Of a DNA stretch of 64,000 nt, positions 1 through 13,122 are shown piece by piece. The notes under the pieces were generated by a model. It saw nothing but the letters and a program-made list of their open reading frames with translations. It was not told where the DNA came from and ran no database searches. Positions within the stretch are counted from its first letter, which is position 1; every line of letters starts with the position of its first letter. Source of the DNA: an uncultured cyanobacterium (lineage in GTDB: Bacteria > Cyanobacteriota > Cyanobacteriia > Phormidesmidales > Phormidesmidaceae). The position numbers were made by a program, and so were the translations under genes. Location: the NCBI GenBank assembly GCA_963793265.1, contig CAWBZI010000001.1, positions 1,504,001 through 1,568,000 of the forward strand, read 5' to 3'.

Positions 1-62
1 TCCTTGTAACTATCTTTGCTGTCTAACCGTTTGCCCTGCTCGGCGCGATTTTGAGGAAACGA

Positions 63-3000
63 ATGACTGACTCTACCCTTGCCACTGTCGAAAACACCCC
101 TGAAAACACTACCGCAACCACGCTTGAAACCACTGTTACGCCTGCTGCCGTAAATCCTGACAAAATTCGTGAAACGCCCGTTCACCTACTGCCCGACCTC
201 GTTGAGATTCAGCGAGCCAGCTTTCGCTGGTTTCTTTCAGAAGGACTCGTAGAGGAGCTAGAGAGCTTCTCGCCTATCACTGATTACACTGGCAAGCTAG
301 AGCTTCACTTTTTGGGCAAAGACTACCGCCTGAAAGCACCTAAGTACATGGTGGACGAAGCCAAGCGGCGCGACAGCACTTACTCAGTACAAATGTATGT
401 TCCTACCCGCCTGATTAACAAGGAAACGGGTGAAATTAAGGAGCAGGAAGTCTTTATCGGCGACCTGCCTTTGATGACCGATCGCGGTACGTTCATCATT
501 AACGGTGCAGAAAGAGTCATCGTTAACCAGATTGTTCGCAGTCCTGGCGTGTACTACAAGGCTGAAACCGACAAGCACGGCCGTCGTACTTATACAGCTA
601 ATCTGATTCCCAACCGGGGCGCGTGGCTGAAGTTTGAGACAGATAAAAATGATTTGGTATGGGTTCGTATTGATAAAACCCGTAAGCTTTCTGCTCAAGT
701 GCTGCTCAAGGCGCTCGGCCTAAGCGACAGTGAAATCTTTGACTCGCTGCGTCACCCCGAGTACTTCCAAAAAACGATTGAGAAAGAGGGTCAGTTTAGC
801 GAAGAGGAAGCTTTGTTAGAGCTGTACCGCAAGCTTCGTCCGGGTGAGCCTCCTACGGTTAACGGTGGTCAGCAGCTACTAGACTCTCGCTTCTTTGATC
901 CCAAGCGCTATGACTTGGGCAAAGTGGGTCGCCATAAGCTCAACCGCAAGCTGCGCCTGAATATTCCTGAGACAACGCGCGTTTTAACGCCTCAAGATAT
1001 CGTTGCGGCGATTGACTACCTTGTGAACCTGGAGTTTGACATTGGTAACCCCGATGATATTGACCACTTGGGTAACCGTCGCGTTCGATCAGTCGGTGAG
1101 CTGCTTCAGAACCAAGTGCGCGTAGGTTTGAACCGTTTAGAGCGGATCATTCGTGAGCGGATGACGGTATCTGATGCCGACTCCCTCACCCCAGCATCAC
1201 TGGTGAACCCCAAGCCTTTAGTTGCTGCAATCAAAGAATTCTTTGGTTCTAGCCAGCTATCGCAGTTCATGGATCAGACCAACCCCCTAGCGGAGCTGAC
1301 TCATAAGCGACGGATTAGTGCACTTGGGCCGGGTGGTTTAACTCGTGAGCGCGCAGGTTTTGCCGTTCGAGACATTCACCCTTCGCACCACGGTCGCATT
1401 TGCCCAATCGAAACGCCTGAGGGGCCGAACGCGGGTCTGATTGGTTCACTAGCAACCCACGCTAGAGTGAACGACTTTGGCTTTATCGAAACGCCTTTCT
1501 TCCCCGTTGTGAACGGCCAGATCATTAAGGACAAGCCAGCGGTTTATATGACGGCTGACGAGGAAGATGATTTGCGCGTAGCCCCCGGTGATGTGCCGAT
1601 TGACTTGGACAACAACATCCTGGGTGAAACGGTGCCCGTGCGCTATCGCCAAGACTTTACGGTTACGACACCTAAAGAGGTGGACTACGTTGCGGTTTCG
1701 CCCGTACAGATTATTTCGGTAGCGACTTCGCTGATTCCTTTCTTGGAGCACGATGACGCCAACCGAGCCCTGATGGGATCGAACATGCAAAGGCAGGCAG
1801 TGCCACTACTGCGACCTGAGCGCGCTTTAGTTGGTACGGGGCTTGAAGCTCAAGCTGCTCGTGACTCCGGGATGGTAATTATTAGCCGTACTGACGGCGT
1901 GGTGAGCTATCTGGACGCGAACTGGATTAAGGTGCGCGATCCTGAAGGCAAAGTTCATACTTATGAGCTGCAAAAGTATCAGCGCTCTAACCAGGACACC
2001 TGTTTGAACCAGCGGCCTTTGGTGTATGAAGGTGACAAAATTGTGGCCGGTCAGGTGATGGCAGACGGTTCTGCAACTGAGGGCGGCGAGATTGCCCTGG
2101 GTCAGAACGTGCTGATTACCTATATGCCATGGGAGGGCTACAACTACGAGGACGCGATTCTGCTCAGCGAACGGCTAGTGTACGAAGACGTTTATACCTC
2201 TATCCACATTGAAAAATATGAGATTGAGGCGCGTCAGACCAAGCTTGGGCCTGAGGAGATTACCCGCGAGATTCCTAACGTGGGTGAAGACGCGCTGCGT
2301 CAGCTTGATGAGACTGGCATTATTCGGATTGGTGCCTGGGTAAGTTCGGGCGAGATCTTAGTAGGTAAGGTGACGCCAAAGGGTGAATCTGACCAGCCAC
2401 CTGAAGAGAAGCTGCTGCGAGCGATCTTTGGTGAAAAAGCCAGAGACGTGCGGGATAACTCGTTGAGAGTGCCTAACGGTGAGAAAGGCCGAGTCGTAGA
2501 CGTGCGAGTGTTTACACGCGAGCAAGGCGATGAGCTGCCACCGGGCGCGAACATGGTGGTGCGCGTGTACGTGGCCCAAAAGCGTAAGATTCAGGTCGGT
2601 GACAAGATGGCCGGTCGTCACGGTAATAAAGGGATTATTTCTCGGATTTTGCCGGTTGAAGACATGCCTTATTTGCCAGATGGCACACCGATTGACATTG
2701 CGCTCAATCCGCTGGGCGTACCGTCACGGATGAACGTGGGCCAGGTGTTTGAGTGTTTGCTGGGCTGGGCGGGCGAAAACCTGGGCGCTCGATTCAAGGT
2801 GACGCCGTTTGATGAGATGTATGGCGAAGAAGCCTCGCTTGAAACAACTCACGGCAAGATGGCCGAAGCCCGCGAACTGACGGGTAAAGACTGGATATTT
2901 GACCCAGACAACCCTGGCAAAATTCAGCTTTATGATGGCCGTACGGGTGAGCCGTTCGATCAGCCGGTGACGGTAGGTCAGTCTTACATGCTGAAGCTTG

Positions 3001-3647
3001 TTCACCTGGTTGACGACAAGATTCACGCGCGGTCTACTGGGCCCTACTCGCTGGTAACTCAGCAGCCTTTGGGTGGTAAAGCTCAGCAGGGCGGTCAGCG
3101 CTTTGGTGAAATGGAAGTTTGGGCGCTTGAGGCGTTTGGTGCGGCCTATACTTTGCAGGAATTGTTGACTGTGAAGTCGGACGATATGCAAGGGCGTAAT
3201 GAAGCGTTGAATGCGATTGTCAAAGGGAAAGCGATTCCACGCCCCGGTACGCCTGAGTCATTCAAGGTACTGATGCGCGAGCTGCAATCGCTGTGTTTGG
3301 ACATTGCGGTGCATAAGCTAGAGACGCAGGAAGATGGAACTAGCCGCGATAGCGAAGTGGACTTAATGGCAGATGTCGGCAATCGTAGAACGCCTTCGCG
3401 GCCTACCTACGAGTCGGTTTCTCGCGATGAGCCGATGGGTACGGCAGGCGCGGCAGGTGCTGCGGTTGCTCCTGATGGTTCTGCGGTGACCAGCGCGGTA
3501 AGTGCGGCTCCCGGCGCTGCGGCTGTTGGCGTTCCTGGCATTACGGTGCCAACGACGGCAACCGAGGTGACGGCTGAAACGGCTGCGCCTGCTGCCGATA
3601 TCGCCCCCGATGGTACGGATGCGCCCCCCTCTACGCCTCTTTTATAG
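63..3647 (+). CDS. rpoB: DNA-directed RNA polymerase beta subunit
   Basis: Motifs [45 protein letters not shown] at 63 preferred over TTG at 51. Confidence 0.99.
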   Translation: MTDSTLATVENTPENTTATTLETTVTPAAVNPDKIRETPVHLLPDLVEIQRASFRWFLSEGLVEELESFSPITDYTGKLELHFLGKDYRLKAPKYMVDEAKRRDSTYSVQMYVPTRLINKETGEIKEQEVFIGDLPLMTDRGTFIINGAERVIVNQIVRSPGVYYKAETDKHGRRTYTANLIPNRGAWLKFETDKNDLVWVRIDKTRKLSAQVLLKALGLSDSEIFDSLRHPEYFQKTIEKEGQFSEEEALLELYRKLRPGEPPTVNGGQQLLDSRFFDPKRYDLGKVGRHKLNRKLRLNIPETTRVLTPQDIVAAIDYLVNLEFDIGNPDDIDHLGNRRVRSVGELLQNQVRVGLNRLERIIRERMTVSDADSLTPASLVNPKPLVAAIKEFFGSSQLSQFMDQTNPLAELTHKRRISALGPGGLTRERAGFAVRDIHPSHHGRICPIETPEGPNAGLIGSLATHARVNDFGFIETPFFPVVNGQIIKDKPAVYMTADEEDDLRVAPGDVPIDLDNNILGETVPVRYRQDFTVTTPKEVDYVAVSPVQIISVATSLIPFLEHDDANRALMGSNMQRQAVPLLRPERALVGTGLEAQAARDSGMVIISRTDGVVSYLDANWIKVRDPEGKVHTYELQKYQRSNQDTCLNQRPLVYEGDKIVAGQVMADGSATEGGEIALGQNVLITYMPWEGYNYEDAILLSERLVYEDVYTSIHIEKYEIEARQTKLGPEEITREIPNVGEDALRQLDETGIIRIGAWVSSGEILVGKVTPKGESDQPPEEKLLRAIFGEKARDVRDNSLRVPNGEKGRVVDVRVFTREQGDELPPGANMVVRVYVAQKRKIQVGDKMAGRHGNKGIISRILPVEDMPYLPDGTPIDIALNPLGVPSRMNVGQVFECLLGWAGENLGARFKVTPFDEMYGEEASLETTHGKMAEARELTGKDWIFDPDNPGKIQLYDGRTGEPFDQPVTVGQSYMLKLVHLVDDKIHARSTGPYSLVTQQPLGGKAQQGGQRFGEMEVWALEAFGAAYTLQELLTVKSDDMQGRNEALNAIVKGKAIPRPGTPESFKVLMRELQSLCLDIAVHKLETQEDGTSRDSEVDLMADVGNRRTPSRPTYESVSRDEPMGTAGAAGAAVAPDGSAVTSAVSAAPGAAAVGVPGITVPTTATEVTAETAAPAADIAPDGTDAPPSTPLL

Positions 3648-3883
3648 ACGACTGTTTCTTAGGTCTGGCGGCTTCTAGCTAAGCGCCGTCTTAGCTTGGC
3701 CGCTCAGACCTATATCTGCTGCAAGGGTCGTTGACTTCAATCGGTGACGCTTGCCACAAAAAGTTTTCGTTAGACAGTTCGATCGCTGTAGCCTTCATTG
3801 GTTTTGAGAAGAGCCCGCTTTGTTAGAAGACTCAGCCGAACTCAAGTATTAGCCTCGTCAAGTTGTAAGGGAATAAACAAAGG

Positions 3884-5758
3884 ATGCCGAAAGTAGAACA
3901 GCGGTTTGACTATGTAAAGATCGGGATTGCTTCGCCAGAGCGAATCCGTGACTGGGGCGAGCGCACGTTGCCGAACGGTACGGTAGTCGGTGAAGTGACA
4001 AAGCCGGAGACAATCAACTACAGAACGCTTAAGCCTGAAATGGACGGGCTGTTTTGTGAGCGTATCTTTGGCCCTGCTAAGGACTGGGAATGTCACTGTG
4101 GTAAGTACAAGCGTGTACGTCACCGTGGCATTGTGTGCGAGCGCTGCGGCGTAGAGGTGACTGAATCTCGGGTGCGTCGTCATCGCATGGGCTTTATTAA
4201 GCTAGCTGCGCCCGTGGCTCACGTTTGGTACTTAAAAGGTATTCCCAGCTATATTGCAATTTTGCTGGACATGCCTCTGCGCGATGTTGAGCAGATTGTG
4301 TACTTTAACGCCTACGTTGTCCTTGATCCGGGCAATGCTGACAACCTCTCCTATAAGCAGCTACTGAGTGAAGATCAGTGGATGGAGATTGAGGATCAGC
4401 TCTATGACGAAGATTCTCAACTTGCTGGGATTGAAGTTGGCATCGGGGCTGAAGCGCTGAAGCGGCTGCTGGAAGATTTGCAGCTTGAAGAAACCGCTGA
4501 GATGCTGCGGGAGACGATTGCGACTTCTAAAGGTCAAAAGCGGGCCAAGCTGATCAAGCGCCTGCGGGTGATTGACAACTTTATTGCTACGGGCTCTAAG
4601 CCTGAGTGGATGGTGCTGGATGTAATTCCAGTGATTCCGCCTGACTTACGTCCGATGGTTCAGCTAGACGGCGGTCGCTTTGCAACTTCTGACCTGAACG
4701 ATCTGTACCGGCGAGTGATTAACCGGAACAATCGTTTGGCCCGGTTGCAGGAGATTTTAGCGCCTGAAATCATCGTCCGTAACGAGAAACGGATGCTTCA
4801 GGAGGCAGTTGATGCCCTGATTGATAACGGTCGTCGTGGTCGTACGGTGGTGGGCGCAAACAACCGTCCGCTGAAGTCGCTCTCCGACATTATTGAAGGT
4901 AAGCAGGGCCGATTCCGTCAGAACTTGCTGGGTAAGCGAGTTGACTACTCAGGTCGTTCTGTGATCGTAGTTGGCCCGAATCTGAAGATTCACCAGTGTG
5001 GCCTGCCGCGTGAAATGGCCATTGAGCTGTTCCAGCCGTTTGTGATTCACCGGCTGATTCGTCAGGGCTTAGTGAATAACATTAAGGCCGCTAAGAAGCT
5101 GATTCAGCGGAACGATCCGAGCGTTTGGGAAGTGTTAGAGGATGTGATTGAAACCCATCCCGTGATGCTGAACCGAGCGCCGACGCTGCACAGGCTAGGT
5201 ATTCAAGCGTTTGAGCCGATTATGGTGGAAGGCCGAGCAATTCAGCTTCATCCGTTGGTTTGTCCGGCGTTTAACGCTGACTTTGACGGTGACCAGATGG
5301 CGGTGCACGTACCGCTGTCGTTAGAAGCGCAGTCTGAGGCACGGCTGCTGATGCTGGCGTCTAACAACATCCTTTCGCCTGCGACGGGTCGGCCGATTAT
5401 TACGCCGAGTCAGGATATGGTGCTGGGCTGCTATTACCTGACGGCTGAGAACCCTGGTAAGCAGGAAGGGGCCGGGCGTTATTTTGCCAATATGGAGGAT
5501 GCGATCGCTGCCTACGAACAAGGCAACGTAGATTTGCACGCCAACGTATGGCTCCGCTTTGACGGCGAAGTAGAAAACCCCGACGACGACGACACTCCTA
5601 AAGAAACCACCACAGACGACAGCGGTGCCACCATCGAAATGTACAAGTTCCGCAAGGTGCGCAAAGACGAAACCGGTCAGGTGATTTCTCAGTACGTGAA
5701 GACCACACCGGGTCGGATCATCTACAACCACGCGGTACTAGGCGCACTGGCCGAGTAG
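3884..5758 (+). CDS. rpoC1: RNA polymerase gamma subunit
   Basis: NADFDGDQM catalytic motif and zinc-finger cysteines; cyanobacterial split beta-prime. Confidence 0.99.
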   Translation: MPKVEQRFDYVKIGIASPERIRDWGERTLPNGTVVGEVTKPETINYRTLKPEMDGLFCERIFGPAKDWECHCGKYKRVRHRGIVCERCGVEVTESRVRRHRMGFIKLAAPVAHVWYLKGIPSYIAILLDMPLRDVEQIVYFNAYVVLDPGNADNLSYKQLLSEDQWMEIEDQLYDEDSQLAGIEVGIGAEALKRLLEDLQLEETAEMLRETIATSKGQKRAKLIKRLRVIDNFIATGSKPEWMVLDVIPVIPPDLRPMVQLDGGRFATSDLNDLYRRVINRNNRLARLQEILAPEIIVRNEKRMLQEAVDALIDNGRRGRTVVGANNRPLKSLSDIIEGKQGRFRQNLLGKRVDYSGRSVIVVGPNLKIHQCGLPREMAIELFQPFVIHRLIRQGLVNNIKAAKKLIQRNDPSVWEVLEDVIETHPVMLNRAPTLHRLGIQAFEPIMVEGRAIQLHPLVCPAFNADFDGDQMAVHVPLSLEAQSEARLLMLASNNILSPATGRPIITPSQDMVLGCYYLTAENPGKQEGAGRYFANMEDAIAAYEQGNVDLHANVWLRFDGEVENPDDDDTPKETTTDDSGATIEMYKFRKVRKDETGQVISQYVKTTPGRIIYNHAVLGALAE

Positions 5759-5849
5759 CTTGAGATCTGAACAATTTGAATGAACTGGGCCAGGCGCACT
5801 GGCCCGATAAAGCATCGCAGTAGCAGACACGAAAAAGGCAAAGAAACAC

Positions 5850-8800
5850 ATGGCAGAGCAAGGCGAATCAAGACCCGTTATTTTTCGCAACCGCACAATT
5901 GATAAAAAGCAGCTAAAAAACTTGGTTTCCTGGTCTTTTGAGCACTACGGCACCGCCCGCACCGCTCAAATGGCCGATGAAATCAAAAGCTTGGGCTTCA
6001 AATATGCAACCAGAGCCGGGGTATCGATTAGCGTTGATGACCTCGAAGTACCGCCCAGTAAAAAGGCGATGCTAGAAACCGCAGAGGGTGAAATTCGTGA
6101 CACCGAAGAGCGCTACACTCGCGGCGAAATCACTGAAGTAGAACGCTTTCAGAAGGTTATTGACACCTGGAACGAAACCAGCGAACACCTCAAAGACAAA
6201 GTGGTCGAAAACTTCCGCGACCACAACCCTTTGAACTCCGTGTATATGATGTCTAACTCGGGCGCACGGGGAAACATTTCGCAGGTGCGTCAGCTTGTCG
6301 GAATGCGCGGCCTGATGGCCAATCCACAAGGCGAAATTATTGACCTACCGATTAAAACTAACTTCCGAGAAGGCTTAACGGTTACTGAGTACATTATTTC
6401 ATCCTACGGTGCGCGTAAGGGACTGGTAGACACCGCCCTTCGTACCGCTGACTCGGGCTACCTTACCCGCCGTTTGGTAGACGTTTCACAAGATGTCATC
6501 GTCCGTGAAATCGACTGTGGCACCGAGCGCTATATTCCCGTGCGCCCCATGACAGACGGTGAGCGAGTTTTGATTCCGCTGCAAGATCGCCTGCTGGGCC
6601 GGGTTCCGGCTGAGGATGTTAAGCATCCTAAAACGGGCGAAGTGATTGTGGCGCGTAACCAGGCGATTACCGATGATTTGGCTCAGGCCATCGGTAAGGC
6701 CAAGGTGAAAGAAGTGAAGGCGCGTTCGGCGCTGACTTGTGAAGCGGCTAGATCGGTGTGTCAGCACTGCTACGGCTGGAGCTTGGCGCATTCGCATATG
6801 GTGGATTTGGGCGAAGCGGTTGGCATTATTGCTGCTCAGTCTATTGGTGAGCCGGGTACTCAGCTCACGATGCGTACCTTCCACACGGGGGGAACCTTCA
6901 CTGGCGAGCTAGCTCCGCAGATTCGGGCGAAGCGAACAGGTACGGTGCACATTCCGACCGATACCACCGAGATGCGCGTACGTCCTTTCCGCACCCGTCA
7001 CGGTGAAGATGCGCTGGTGATGGAAGCGAATAACCAGATTTCCATGGAAACGAATGGAAAGGAGTATTCGATTTCGCTACCTCAGGGCTCAATTTTGTTC
7101 GCCAAAGAAGGCGATGAGCTGAAAAAAGGCGACTTGATTGCTGAGCTGCCAAATACTAGCCGAGTTAAGAAAGTCACTGAGAAGGCCAGTAAGGACGTAA
7201 CCTCTGACCTATCGGGTGAGGTGTTCTTTGACGGGCTGGTGCAGGAAGAGAAGACTGACCGTCAGGGGAATATGACCCGGCTGGCGCAAAGAGGTGGCCT
7301 GATTTGGGTGCTTTCGGGCGAGGTGTATAACCTGCCGCCTGGCGCGGAGCCGGTTGTGAAAAACGGCGATCGCGTAGACGCAGAAGGCGTACTCGCTGAA
7401 ACCAAACTGATCACCGAGCGCGGCGGTATTGTCCGCCTCACCGATACCTCTAATGACGGTAAAGGCGGTCGCGAAGTCGAAATTATCACGGCTTCTGTGC
7501 TGCTCGACCAGTCCGAAGTAGAAGTGGAAAGTGGCCAAGGCCGCGAGCACTACTTCCTCAAAACCTCCACGGGCCAAAAGTTCTCTTTGAATGCGACACC
7601 TGGCACTAAAGTGTCTAGCGGTCAGGTCGTAGCCGAGCTAGTTGATGACACCTTCCGTACGCAAACTGGCGGCATCATCAAGTTTGCTGGGGTTGAAGTC
7701 GCTAAGCGCGGCAAGGCCAAGAACGGCTACGAAATCACCAAAGGCGGCACCATTCTGTGGATTCCGGCAGAGAGCCATGAGGTGAATAAGGACATTTCCT
7801 TGCTGATGGTAGAAACTGGCCAGTACATCGAAGCGGGCACAGAAGTTGTTAAGGACATCTTCTGTCAGACCAGCGGCGTTGTAGACGTGATTCAGAAGAA
7901 TGACATTCTGCGTGAGGTGACCATTCGCCCCGGTGACATTCACATGGTAGATAGCCCAGATGTGGCTAGCGCTAAGAATGAAACCATCGTGAACGCAGGC
8001 GAGGAAGTGATTCCGGGTGTGGTAGCAGATTCGCTGCGCTATGTGGAATTCGTTGAAACGCCTGAAGGTGCAGCGCTGCTACTGCGCCCAGTGCAGGAGT
8101 TTGAGGTGCCTGATGAGGCCAGAGTGCCAAGTCAGTCTTCTGTGAGCGACAGTGACGATAATTCGATTAGCCTGCGCGCGATTCAGCGGCTGCTCTATAA
8201 AGACGGCGAGCGTGTTAAGTCGGTAGATGGCCTAGAGATTCTGCGGACGCAGCTCGTGCTTGATATAGACGAAGGCGGCTCTCAGCTTACGGCTGACATT
8301 GAGATGAAAGCGGATGACGAGAACGATGAGGAGTCGGCTAAGCGCTTGCAGCTTGTGGTACTCGAAACGCTTGTGGTTCGTCGTGATATTGAGGCTGACC
8401 AGACTCAGGGCAGTACTAAGACACGGCTGCTCGTAGAAGATGGTGACGAGATTACGCCAGGTGCGGTGATCGCGCGGACTGAGATTCGCTGTAAGGAAGC
8501 TGGGCAAATTCGCGGTATCCGTGAAGACCTAGAATCTGTACGGCGGGTGCTGGTGGTGCGTGATGCTGATCAGATGGTGATTGATACTGAGGGCAAGCCG
8601 CCAACGGTTTCTGAAGGTGATTTGCTGGTGGATGCGACAGAGGTTGCTGATGGGGTGCGATCGCAAGAATCGGGCCAGGTCATCGAAGCCACCGACAGCC
8701 AAATCACCATGCGAATTGCGCGTCCTTATCGCGTATCTACTGGCGCGGTACTGCACATCGACAACGGCGATCTGGTACAGCGGGGTGACGGTTTGGTGCT

Positions 8801-9809
8801 GCTCGTATTTGAGCGCGCTAAAACCGGCGACATCATTCAGGGCTTGCCGCGTATTGAGGAGCTGCTAGAAGCTCGTAAGCCGAAAGAAGCCTGCATCCTA
8901 GCGGAGCGTCCAGGCGTTGCCCAAGTGGTATATGCCGAGGATGAAACCGTTGAGATTAAGGTGGTTGAAAGCGATGGGGTCGTGACTGACTACCCCGTAA
9001 CGCCAGGGCAGAACCTTGTGATCGGTGACGGTCAGAAGGTGACAACGGGCGAGCCGCTAACAGACGGGCCTTCTAACCCTCACCAGATTCTAGAGGTGTT
9101 CTACAAGTACTACCGCGAGAATAAGGGCACACATGAAGCTGCGATGCTGAGCCTGGAGCAGGTGCAGTCGTTCTTAGTGAACGAAGTGCAATCTGTGTAT
9201 CAGTCGCAGGGCGTTGATATTTCTGACAAGCACATTGAAGTGATTGTGCGGCAGATGACCTCGAAGGCGCGTTTGGAAGATGGCGGTGATACCACCATGC
9301 TACCGGGCGAGCTGGTTGAGATTCGTCAGCTTGAGCAGGTGAACGAGGCGATGTCGATTACGGGGATGGCTCCGGCGGACTACACGCCTGTGCTGCTCGG
9401 AATTACGAAGGCGTCACTGAATACCGACAGCTTTATCTCGGCGGCAAGCTTCCAAGAGACGACTCGCGTACTGACTGAAGCGGCGATTCAAGGTAAGTCT
9501 GACTGGCTGCGCGGCCTGAAGGAGAACGTGATTATCGGTCGCTTGATTCCGGCAGGTACGGGATTCAATGCCTACGAAGAGCCCACCTCACCTGAGATTG
9601 ATACGTCGTTTGACGGGACTTTCTTAGGCGATAATATGGCGCTTTCGGATATGGTGCTTGATGACCGTACGGCGAGAGCTTACGACCGTGAAGGTGGCCT
9701 GGATATGATTGCAGGCGACGGCATGGTTGGTGGCACTGAGAAGAAAGCTGAGGAGAAGAAGCTGCCGTTTGGTGGTGACGGGCTGATTGATGATAGTTCG
9801 GCGCTGTAG
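5850..9809 (+). CDS. rpoC2: RNA polymerase beta-prime C-terminal subunit
   Basis: Motifs [35 protein letters not shown]; large SI3 insertion. Confidence 0.99.
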   Translation: MAEQGESRPVIFRNRTIDKKQLKNLVSWSFEHYGTARTAQMADEIKSLGFKYATRAGVSISVDDLEVPPSKKAMLETAEGEIRDTEERYTRGEITEVERFQKVIDTWNETSEHLKDKVVENFRDHNPLNSVYMMSNSGARGNISQVRQLVGMRGLMANPQGEIIDLPIKTNFREGLTVTEYIISSYGARKGLVDTALRTADSGYLTRRLVDVSQDVIVREIDCGTERYIPVRPMTDGERVLIPLQDRLLGRVPAEDVKHPKTGEVIVARNQAITDDLAQAIGKAKVKEVKARSALTCEAARSVCQHCYGWSLAHSHMVDLGEAVGIIAAQSIGEPGTQLTMRTFHTGGTFTGELAPQIRAKRTGTVHIPTDTTEMRVRPFRTRHGEDALVMEANNQISMETNGKEYSISLPQGSILFAKEGDELKKGDLIAELPNTSRVKKVTEKASKDVTSDLSGEVFFDGLVQEEKTDRQGNMTRLAQRGGLIWVLSGEVYNLPPGAEPVVKNGDRVDAEGVLAETKLITERGGIVRLTDTSNDGKGGREVEIITASVLLDQSEVEVESGQGREHYFLKTSTGQKFSLNATPGTKVSSGQVVAELVDDTFRTQTGGIIKFAGVEVAKRGKAKNGYEITKGGTILWIPAESHEVNKDISLLMVETGQYIEAGTEVVKDIFCQTSGVVDVIQKNDILREVTIRPGDIHMVDSPDVASAKNETIVNAGEEVIPGVVADSLRYVEFVETPEGAALLLRPVQEFEVPDEARVPSQSSVSDSDDNSISLRAIQRLLYKDGERVKSVDGLEILRTQLVLDIDEGGSQLTADIEMKADDENDEESAKRLQLVVLETLVVRRDIEADQTQGSTKTRLLVEDGDEITPGAVIARTEIRCKEAGQIRGIREDLESVRRVLVVRDADQMVIDTEGKPPTVSEGDLLVDATEVADGVRSQESGQVIEATDSQITMRIARPYRVSTGAVLHIDNGDLVQRGDGLVLLVFERAKTGDIIQGLPRIEELLEARKPKEACILAERPGVAQVVYAEDETVEIKVVESDGVVTDYPVTPGQNLVIGDGQKVTTGEPLTDGPSNPHQILEVFYKYYRENKGTHEAAMLSLEQVQSFLVNEVQSVYQSQGVDISDKHIEVIVRQMTSKARLEDGGDTTMLPGELVEIRQLEQVNEAMSITGMAPADYTPVLLGITKASLNTDSFISAASFQETTRVLTEAAIQGKSDWLRGLKENVIIGRLIPAGTGFNAYEEPTSPEIDTSFDGTFLGDNMALSDMVLDDRTARAYDREGGLDMIAGDGMVGGTEKKAEEKKLPFGGDGLIDDSSAL

Positions 9810-9824
9810 GTTAGATTGCTGAGG

Positions 9825-9853
9825 TCGGAGGGCGTATGACCATACGCCCCTAC
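9825..9853 (-). repeat. GTAG-type REP-like palindrome
   Basis: Minus strand reads GTAGGGGCGTATGGTCATACGCCCTCCGA; closely related copy at 54682-54711. Confidence 0.7.
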
Positions 9854-9872
9854 CAGTGAATAGACAGCCAAC

Positions 9873-9908
9873 AAAAAGCCCTGAGGTTTGGAACCTCAGG
9901 GCTTTTTT
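9873..9908. terminator. Bidirectional intrinsic terminator between rpoC2 and remA
   Basis: AAAAAGCCCTGAGGTT-tgg-AACCTCAGGGCTTTTT between convergent genes. Confidence 0.9.
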
Positions 9909-9927
9909 GCTAGGTGGAAACCGATGG

Positions 9928-10218
9928 CTAGACGACGAATCGCTGGGCGACGGTTTCGGGTTGGATGGCGGATAGGACGACGTGGCCGGAGTCGGTGACG
10001 ATGACGGCGCGGGTGCGTCTGCCGTAGGTGGCGTCGATAAGCTGGGTGCGATCGCGCGCCTCTGAAACAATCCGCTTAATCGGTGCAGATTCAGGGCTCA
10101 CAATGGCAATCACGCGGCTGGCTGAAACAGTATTGCCAAACCCGATATTGATCAGCCTTAAAGCTACTGAATTTTGCGTAGGGTAGGTCATTGGGGTGTT
10201 AGTTTCTGTAGACATCAA
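9928..10218 (-). CDS. remA: DUF370 / RemA-family protein
   Basis: [28 protein letters not shown]...[11 protein letters not shown]. Confidence 0.9.
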   Translation of the reverse strand: MMSTETNTPMTYPTQNSVALRLINIGFGNTVSASRVIAIVSPESAPIKRIVSEARDRTQLIDATYGRRTRAVIVTDSGHVVLSAIQPETVAQRFVV

Positions 10219-10574
10219 TTGCGAAAATGGAATTTATAAAGGCTCTTTCATAAAAGTGTTTTTTTGTGATCACTGACCTGTACGAAAGAGCCCCGACAAA
10301 GCGCAAGCTGGCAGTAAAAAACCCAGCAGAAAATGTTACTTGATAGCAAGTAAGAAATTTCTCCCAAGCTGTTATTTCGCCGTGTACGTTAGCTATCGTG
10401 TACTCGGCTATGCCATTTGTTTTAAGATAGGCTGCCTCTTTTAGTGCCGTAAACCTGCGTTAGATTGTACGAGCTTGTCTGTACTAACACAATAGTTTCA
10501 AGGCTGATAAACTAGAGCCAAACTGTTAGCGAAATATAGCTAAAATCGTCTGTTTTTTAACAGTTATTGGTCAA

Positions 10575-11858
10575 TTAAGCGTTTTCCTGTGTAGAAAGGT
10601 CGGCTGTTTTAACAAATATTTTCTGAATGTGATCGCCTCTTTTCAAAGTCACCTGCAACGCATCGCCTACCTTCACTTCGTCCACCGTGCTCTGTAGCTG
10701 ATCGGCCCGGCGAATCGGCTGTCCGCCAATCTCAACAATCACATCACCTCGGCGCAGCCCGGCATCAGCCGCAGGCGTATTCGGCAGCACACGTACAACC
10801 AACACACCATTAGTAACCGGCAGCTCAATCGCGCTGTTGGGGTCTTCGTTGTTCATTTTCGCCATATCTGGCGTAAGGGTCGCAATCTGTACGCCTAAAT
10901 AAGGATGTGCAATACGCTCGCCTTTAGCCAACCGGGCCTGAATAGATTTGGCCTTATCGATGGGAATGGCAAATCCAATCCCCATCGCATCGGCGCGAAT
11001 AGCGGTATTGATACCAATTACCTCGCCTCTAGCGTTGAGCAAGGGGCCACCCGAATTACCAGGATTAATCGCCGCGTCGGTCTGGATAAAGTCGATGCGT
11101 TTGTCAGGAATGCCGACTGCCGTGCTTGAGCGCTTGAGGGTGCTCACAATGCCGAGGGTGACGGTGTTGTCTAGACCCAATGGATTGCCGACTGCGATCG
11201 CCCAGTCCCCGACAGCTACCTCATCTGAGTTGCCAAGCTGCGCCACTGGCAAAGGCTCACCCGCCGTATCGATCCGCACCACCGCCAAATCTGTAATCTC
11301 ATCAATACCTTCTACATAGCCCTCAAAAGAACGACCGTCTTTGAGCTTAACGCTGACCTTATCAGTGCCTTCAACCACGTGAGCATTAGTGAGAATATCG
11401 CCGCGTTCGCTAATGATAAAGCCGGAGCCCTGACCGCTGAGGCGTTCTTCTTGGGGGATGCTTTGAAAGCCGCCGCCTCGATTGCCGTAAGAGCCGCGAA
11501 AGAAAGGGTCATCGTAGAAAAGGTCAGGTACGTTGCGCGTAACGGTGCGCTCTGTGTCGATGCGAACCACTGCGCTACCAACATTGCGAACGGCAGCGGC
11601 GACAAAGCTGTCACCGGAGAGCGCGCTAATCGGCGCGGGGCGGCTGCTTTCTACTTGCGTGTCTGTCAGTGTATCTGTTTGAGTGATGGTTGTAGGTGGC
11701 GGGGCGATCGCCTCTTCAACTGCCGAGAGCGCCCAGGCAGGCAGCATCCAAAGCGTATTCGTCAGCAAGAACACGACGGCAGCGCTGGCCATCCATCGAA
11801 CCCACTGCCGAATTTCTCGCTTCAAAGATGTGCCGGGCAGTTTTTTTATAAAACTCAT
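10575..11858 (-). CDS. HtrA/HhoA-family trypsin-like serine protease with PDZ domain
   Basis: TNAHVV, DLAVV, IQTDAAINPGNSGGPL; N-terminal signal; C-terminal PDZ. Confidence 0.93.
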   Translation of the reverse strand: MSFIKKLPGTSLKREIRQWVRWMASAAVVFLLTNTLWMLPAWALSAVEEAIAPPPTTITQTDTLTDTQVESSRPAPISALSGDSFVAAAVRNVGSAVVRIDTERTVTRNVPDLFYDDPFFRGSYGNRGGGFQSIPQEERLSGQGSGFIISERGDILTNAHVVEGTDKVSVKLKDGRSFEGYVEGIDEITDLAVVRIDTAGEPLPVAQLGNSDEVAVGDWAIAVGNPLGLDNTVTLGIVSTLKRSSTAVGIPDKRIDFIQTDAAINPGNSGGPLLNARGEVIGINTAIRADAMGIGFAIPIDKAKSIQARLAKGERIAHPYLGVQIATLTPDMAKMNNEDPNSAIELPVTNGVLVVRVLPNTPAADAGLRRGDVIVEIGGQPIRRADQLQSTVDEVKVGDALQVTLKRGDHIQKIFVKTADLSTQENA

Positions 11859-12008
11859 CAGATCTCACGCTCGTTATTACGATATATACTGCCAGATTCT
11901 TTAAGAAATGTGGGGTGTGGATACCCTACACACTCGCAATAGGGTGACGATGGCCTGTAGGGAATGCTGACTATTTCTATTGATAATGATGTATCAGAAA
12001 GTGAACCT

Positions 12009-12440
12009 ATGAGTCGTAGCCAAAAGCGCAATTTTTCAAGTCGGCTATTGTTTCTGGGTGTAACGCTAACGGCCCTGAGCGGATGTAGCTCGCTGCCGGG
12101 CTCTTACAAAGCGCAGCTTGCTAACTACTTGAGTGATACCGGAGCAAAAATGTATGGCGCGTACTGGTGCCCTCACTGCTCGGTTCAAAAGCAATACTTT
12201 GACGGAGTGGTAGATCTAATTCCTTATGTAGAGTGCGACCCGCAAGGCTATAACCCGCAGCCGGAGCTATGCGATGAAATGGGCATAGATGTTTATCCAA
12301 CCTGGGTAATTGATGATGAGTATTACTTTGGCGCACAGACTTTGGGCAAGCTAGCGGCAATTTCTGGCTTTGAGTCGGAGAAGGAGCCGCCCGCTGCTGT
12401 GAGAGGACTTGAGCCAGGCGGATACAGTCCGGCTGATTGA
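12009..12440 (+). CDS. Thioredoxin-like lipoprotein (VKOR-partner type)
   Basis: MYGAYWCPHC, YVEC and YPTW motifs; lipobox LSGC. Confidence 0.75.
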   Translation: MSRSQKRNFSSRLLFLGVTLTALSGCSSLPGSYKAQLANYLSDTGAKMYGAYWCPHCSVQKQYFDGVVDLIPYVECDPQGYNPQPELCDEMGIDVYPTWVIDDEYYFGAQTLGKLAAISGFESEKEPPAAVRGLEPGGYSPAD

Positions 12441-12492
12441 TCTGGCTAATTAAACGATAGATTAAAGCGGTCACACCATTTGGAAATAGGCT

Positions 12493-13122
12493 ATGTCTCG
12501 CCTGAACCTATTAGAAAAGGGCAGATCGTATACGTTTCGATCATATTTTGAAATGCCTTACGAGATCGACGAGATCCTAGCCGAATTTGGCGTGGGATTT
12601 GTCCTCGAAGATCTTACTTTCCACAGGGGAGAGGCCAATTCCTCTATCGTTGAACCGCTAAAGGCAGAGCTTCAAAGCAGGCTGAAGCGCGTCCGGCTCT
12701 CTAGTGAAACTGCCCGCCGGGAAGCTTTAGTTTCTCCTATTCTTTTTAGCGTAACGGAGCAATCAAATAGTCAACTGCGCATTGAGTACGCGCTCGCTGT
12801 TGACGATCAGCTTAAGGGTAAGCTGGACTATTTAGTCAGAGGTGAGAAAAGCCTGCTCGTTGTAGAAGCTAAAAACGACGATCTCACGCGCGGGTTTACT
12901 CAGCTAGCGGTTGAGCTACTAGCCCTTTCTCGCAAAGAAAACACCCAGAAGAAACTCTACGGCGCTGTCACTATCGGCAATGTATGGCAGTTTGGTTGGT
13001 TGGATGCTGAGAAGCAAATCGTATTTCAAGATTCTTCTCTTTATCGCGTACCTACAGATTTACAAGACGTGATGGAAATTTTGATGGGCATATTAACCAG
13101 CAATCAGGCGGCGACAGATTAG
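12493..13122 (+). CDS. Cyanobacterial hypothetical protein, PD-(D/E)XK-like fold
   Basis: LDY...VVEAK motif and YGAVTIGNVWQF. Confidence 0.6.
   Translation: MSRLNLLEKGRSYTFRSYFEMPYEIDEILAEFGVGFVLEDLTFHRGEANSSIVEPLKAELQSRLKRVRLSSETARREALVSPILFSVTEQSNSQLRIEYALAVDDQLKGKLDYLVRGEKSLLVVEAKNDDLTRGFTQLAVELLALSRKENTQKKLYGAVTIGNVWQFGWLDAEKQIVFQDSSLYRVPTDLQDVMEILMGILTSNQAATD

Noticed and set aside
5741..5805. 12-bp direct repeat GGCGCACTGGCC at the rpoC1 end and in the spacer
   Set aside because: Too short to interpret; the second copy is simply part of a small hairpin.
6900..8830. Large insertion in RpoC2 as an intein
   Set aside because: This is the normal cyanobacterial SI3 insertion in the trigger loop; no intein terminal motifs.
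384..9874. Many antisense/alternate-frame ORFs within rpoB/C1/C2
   Set aside because: Shadow ORFs of conserved genes.
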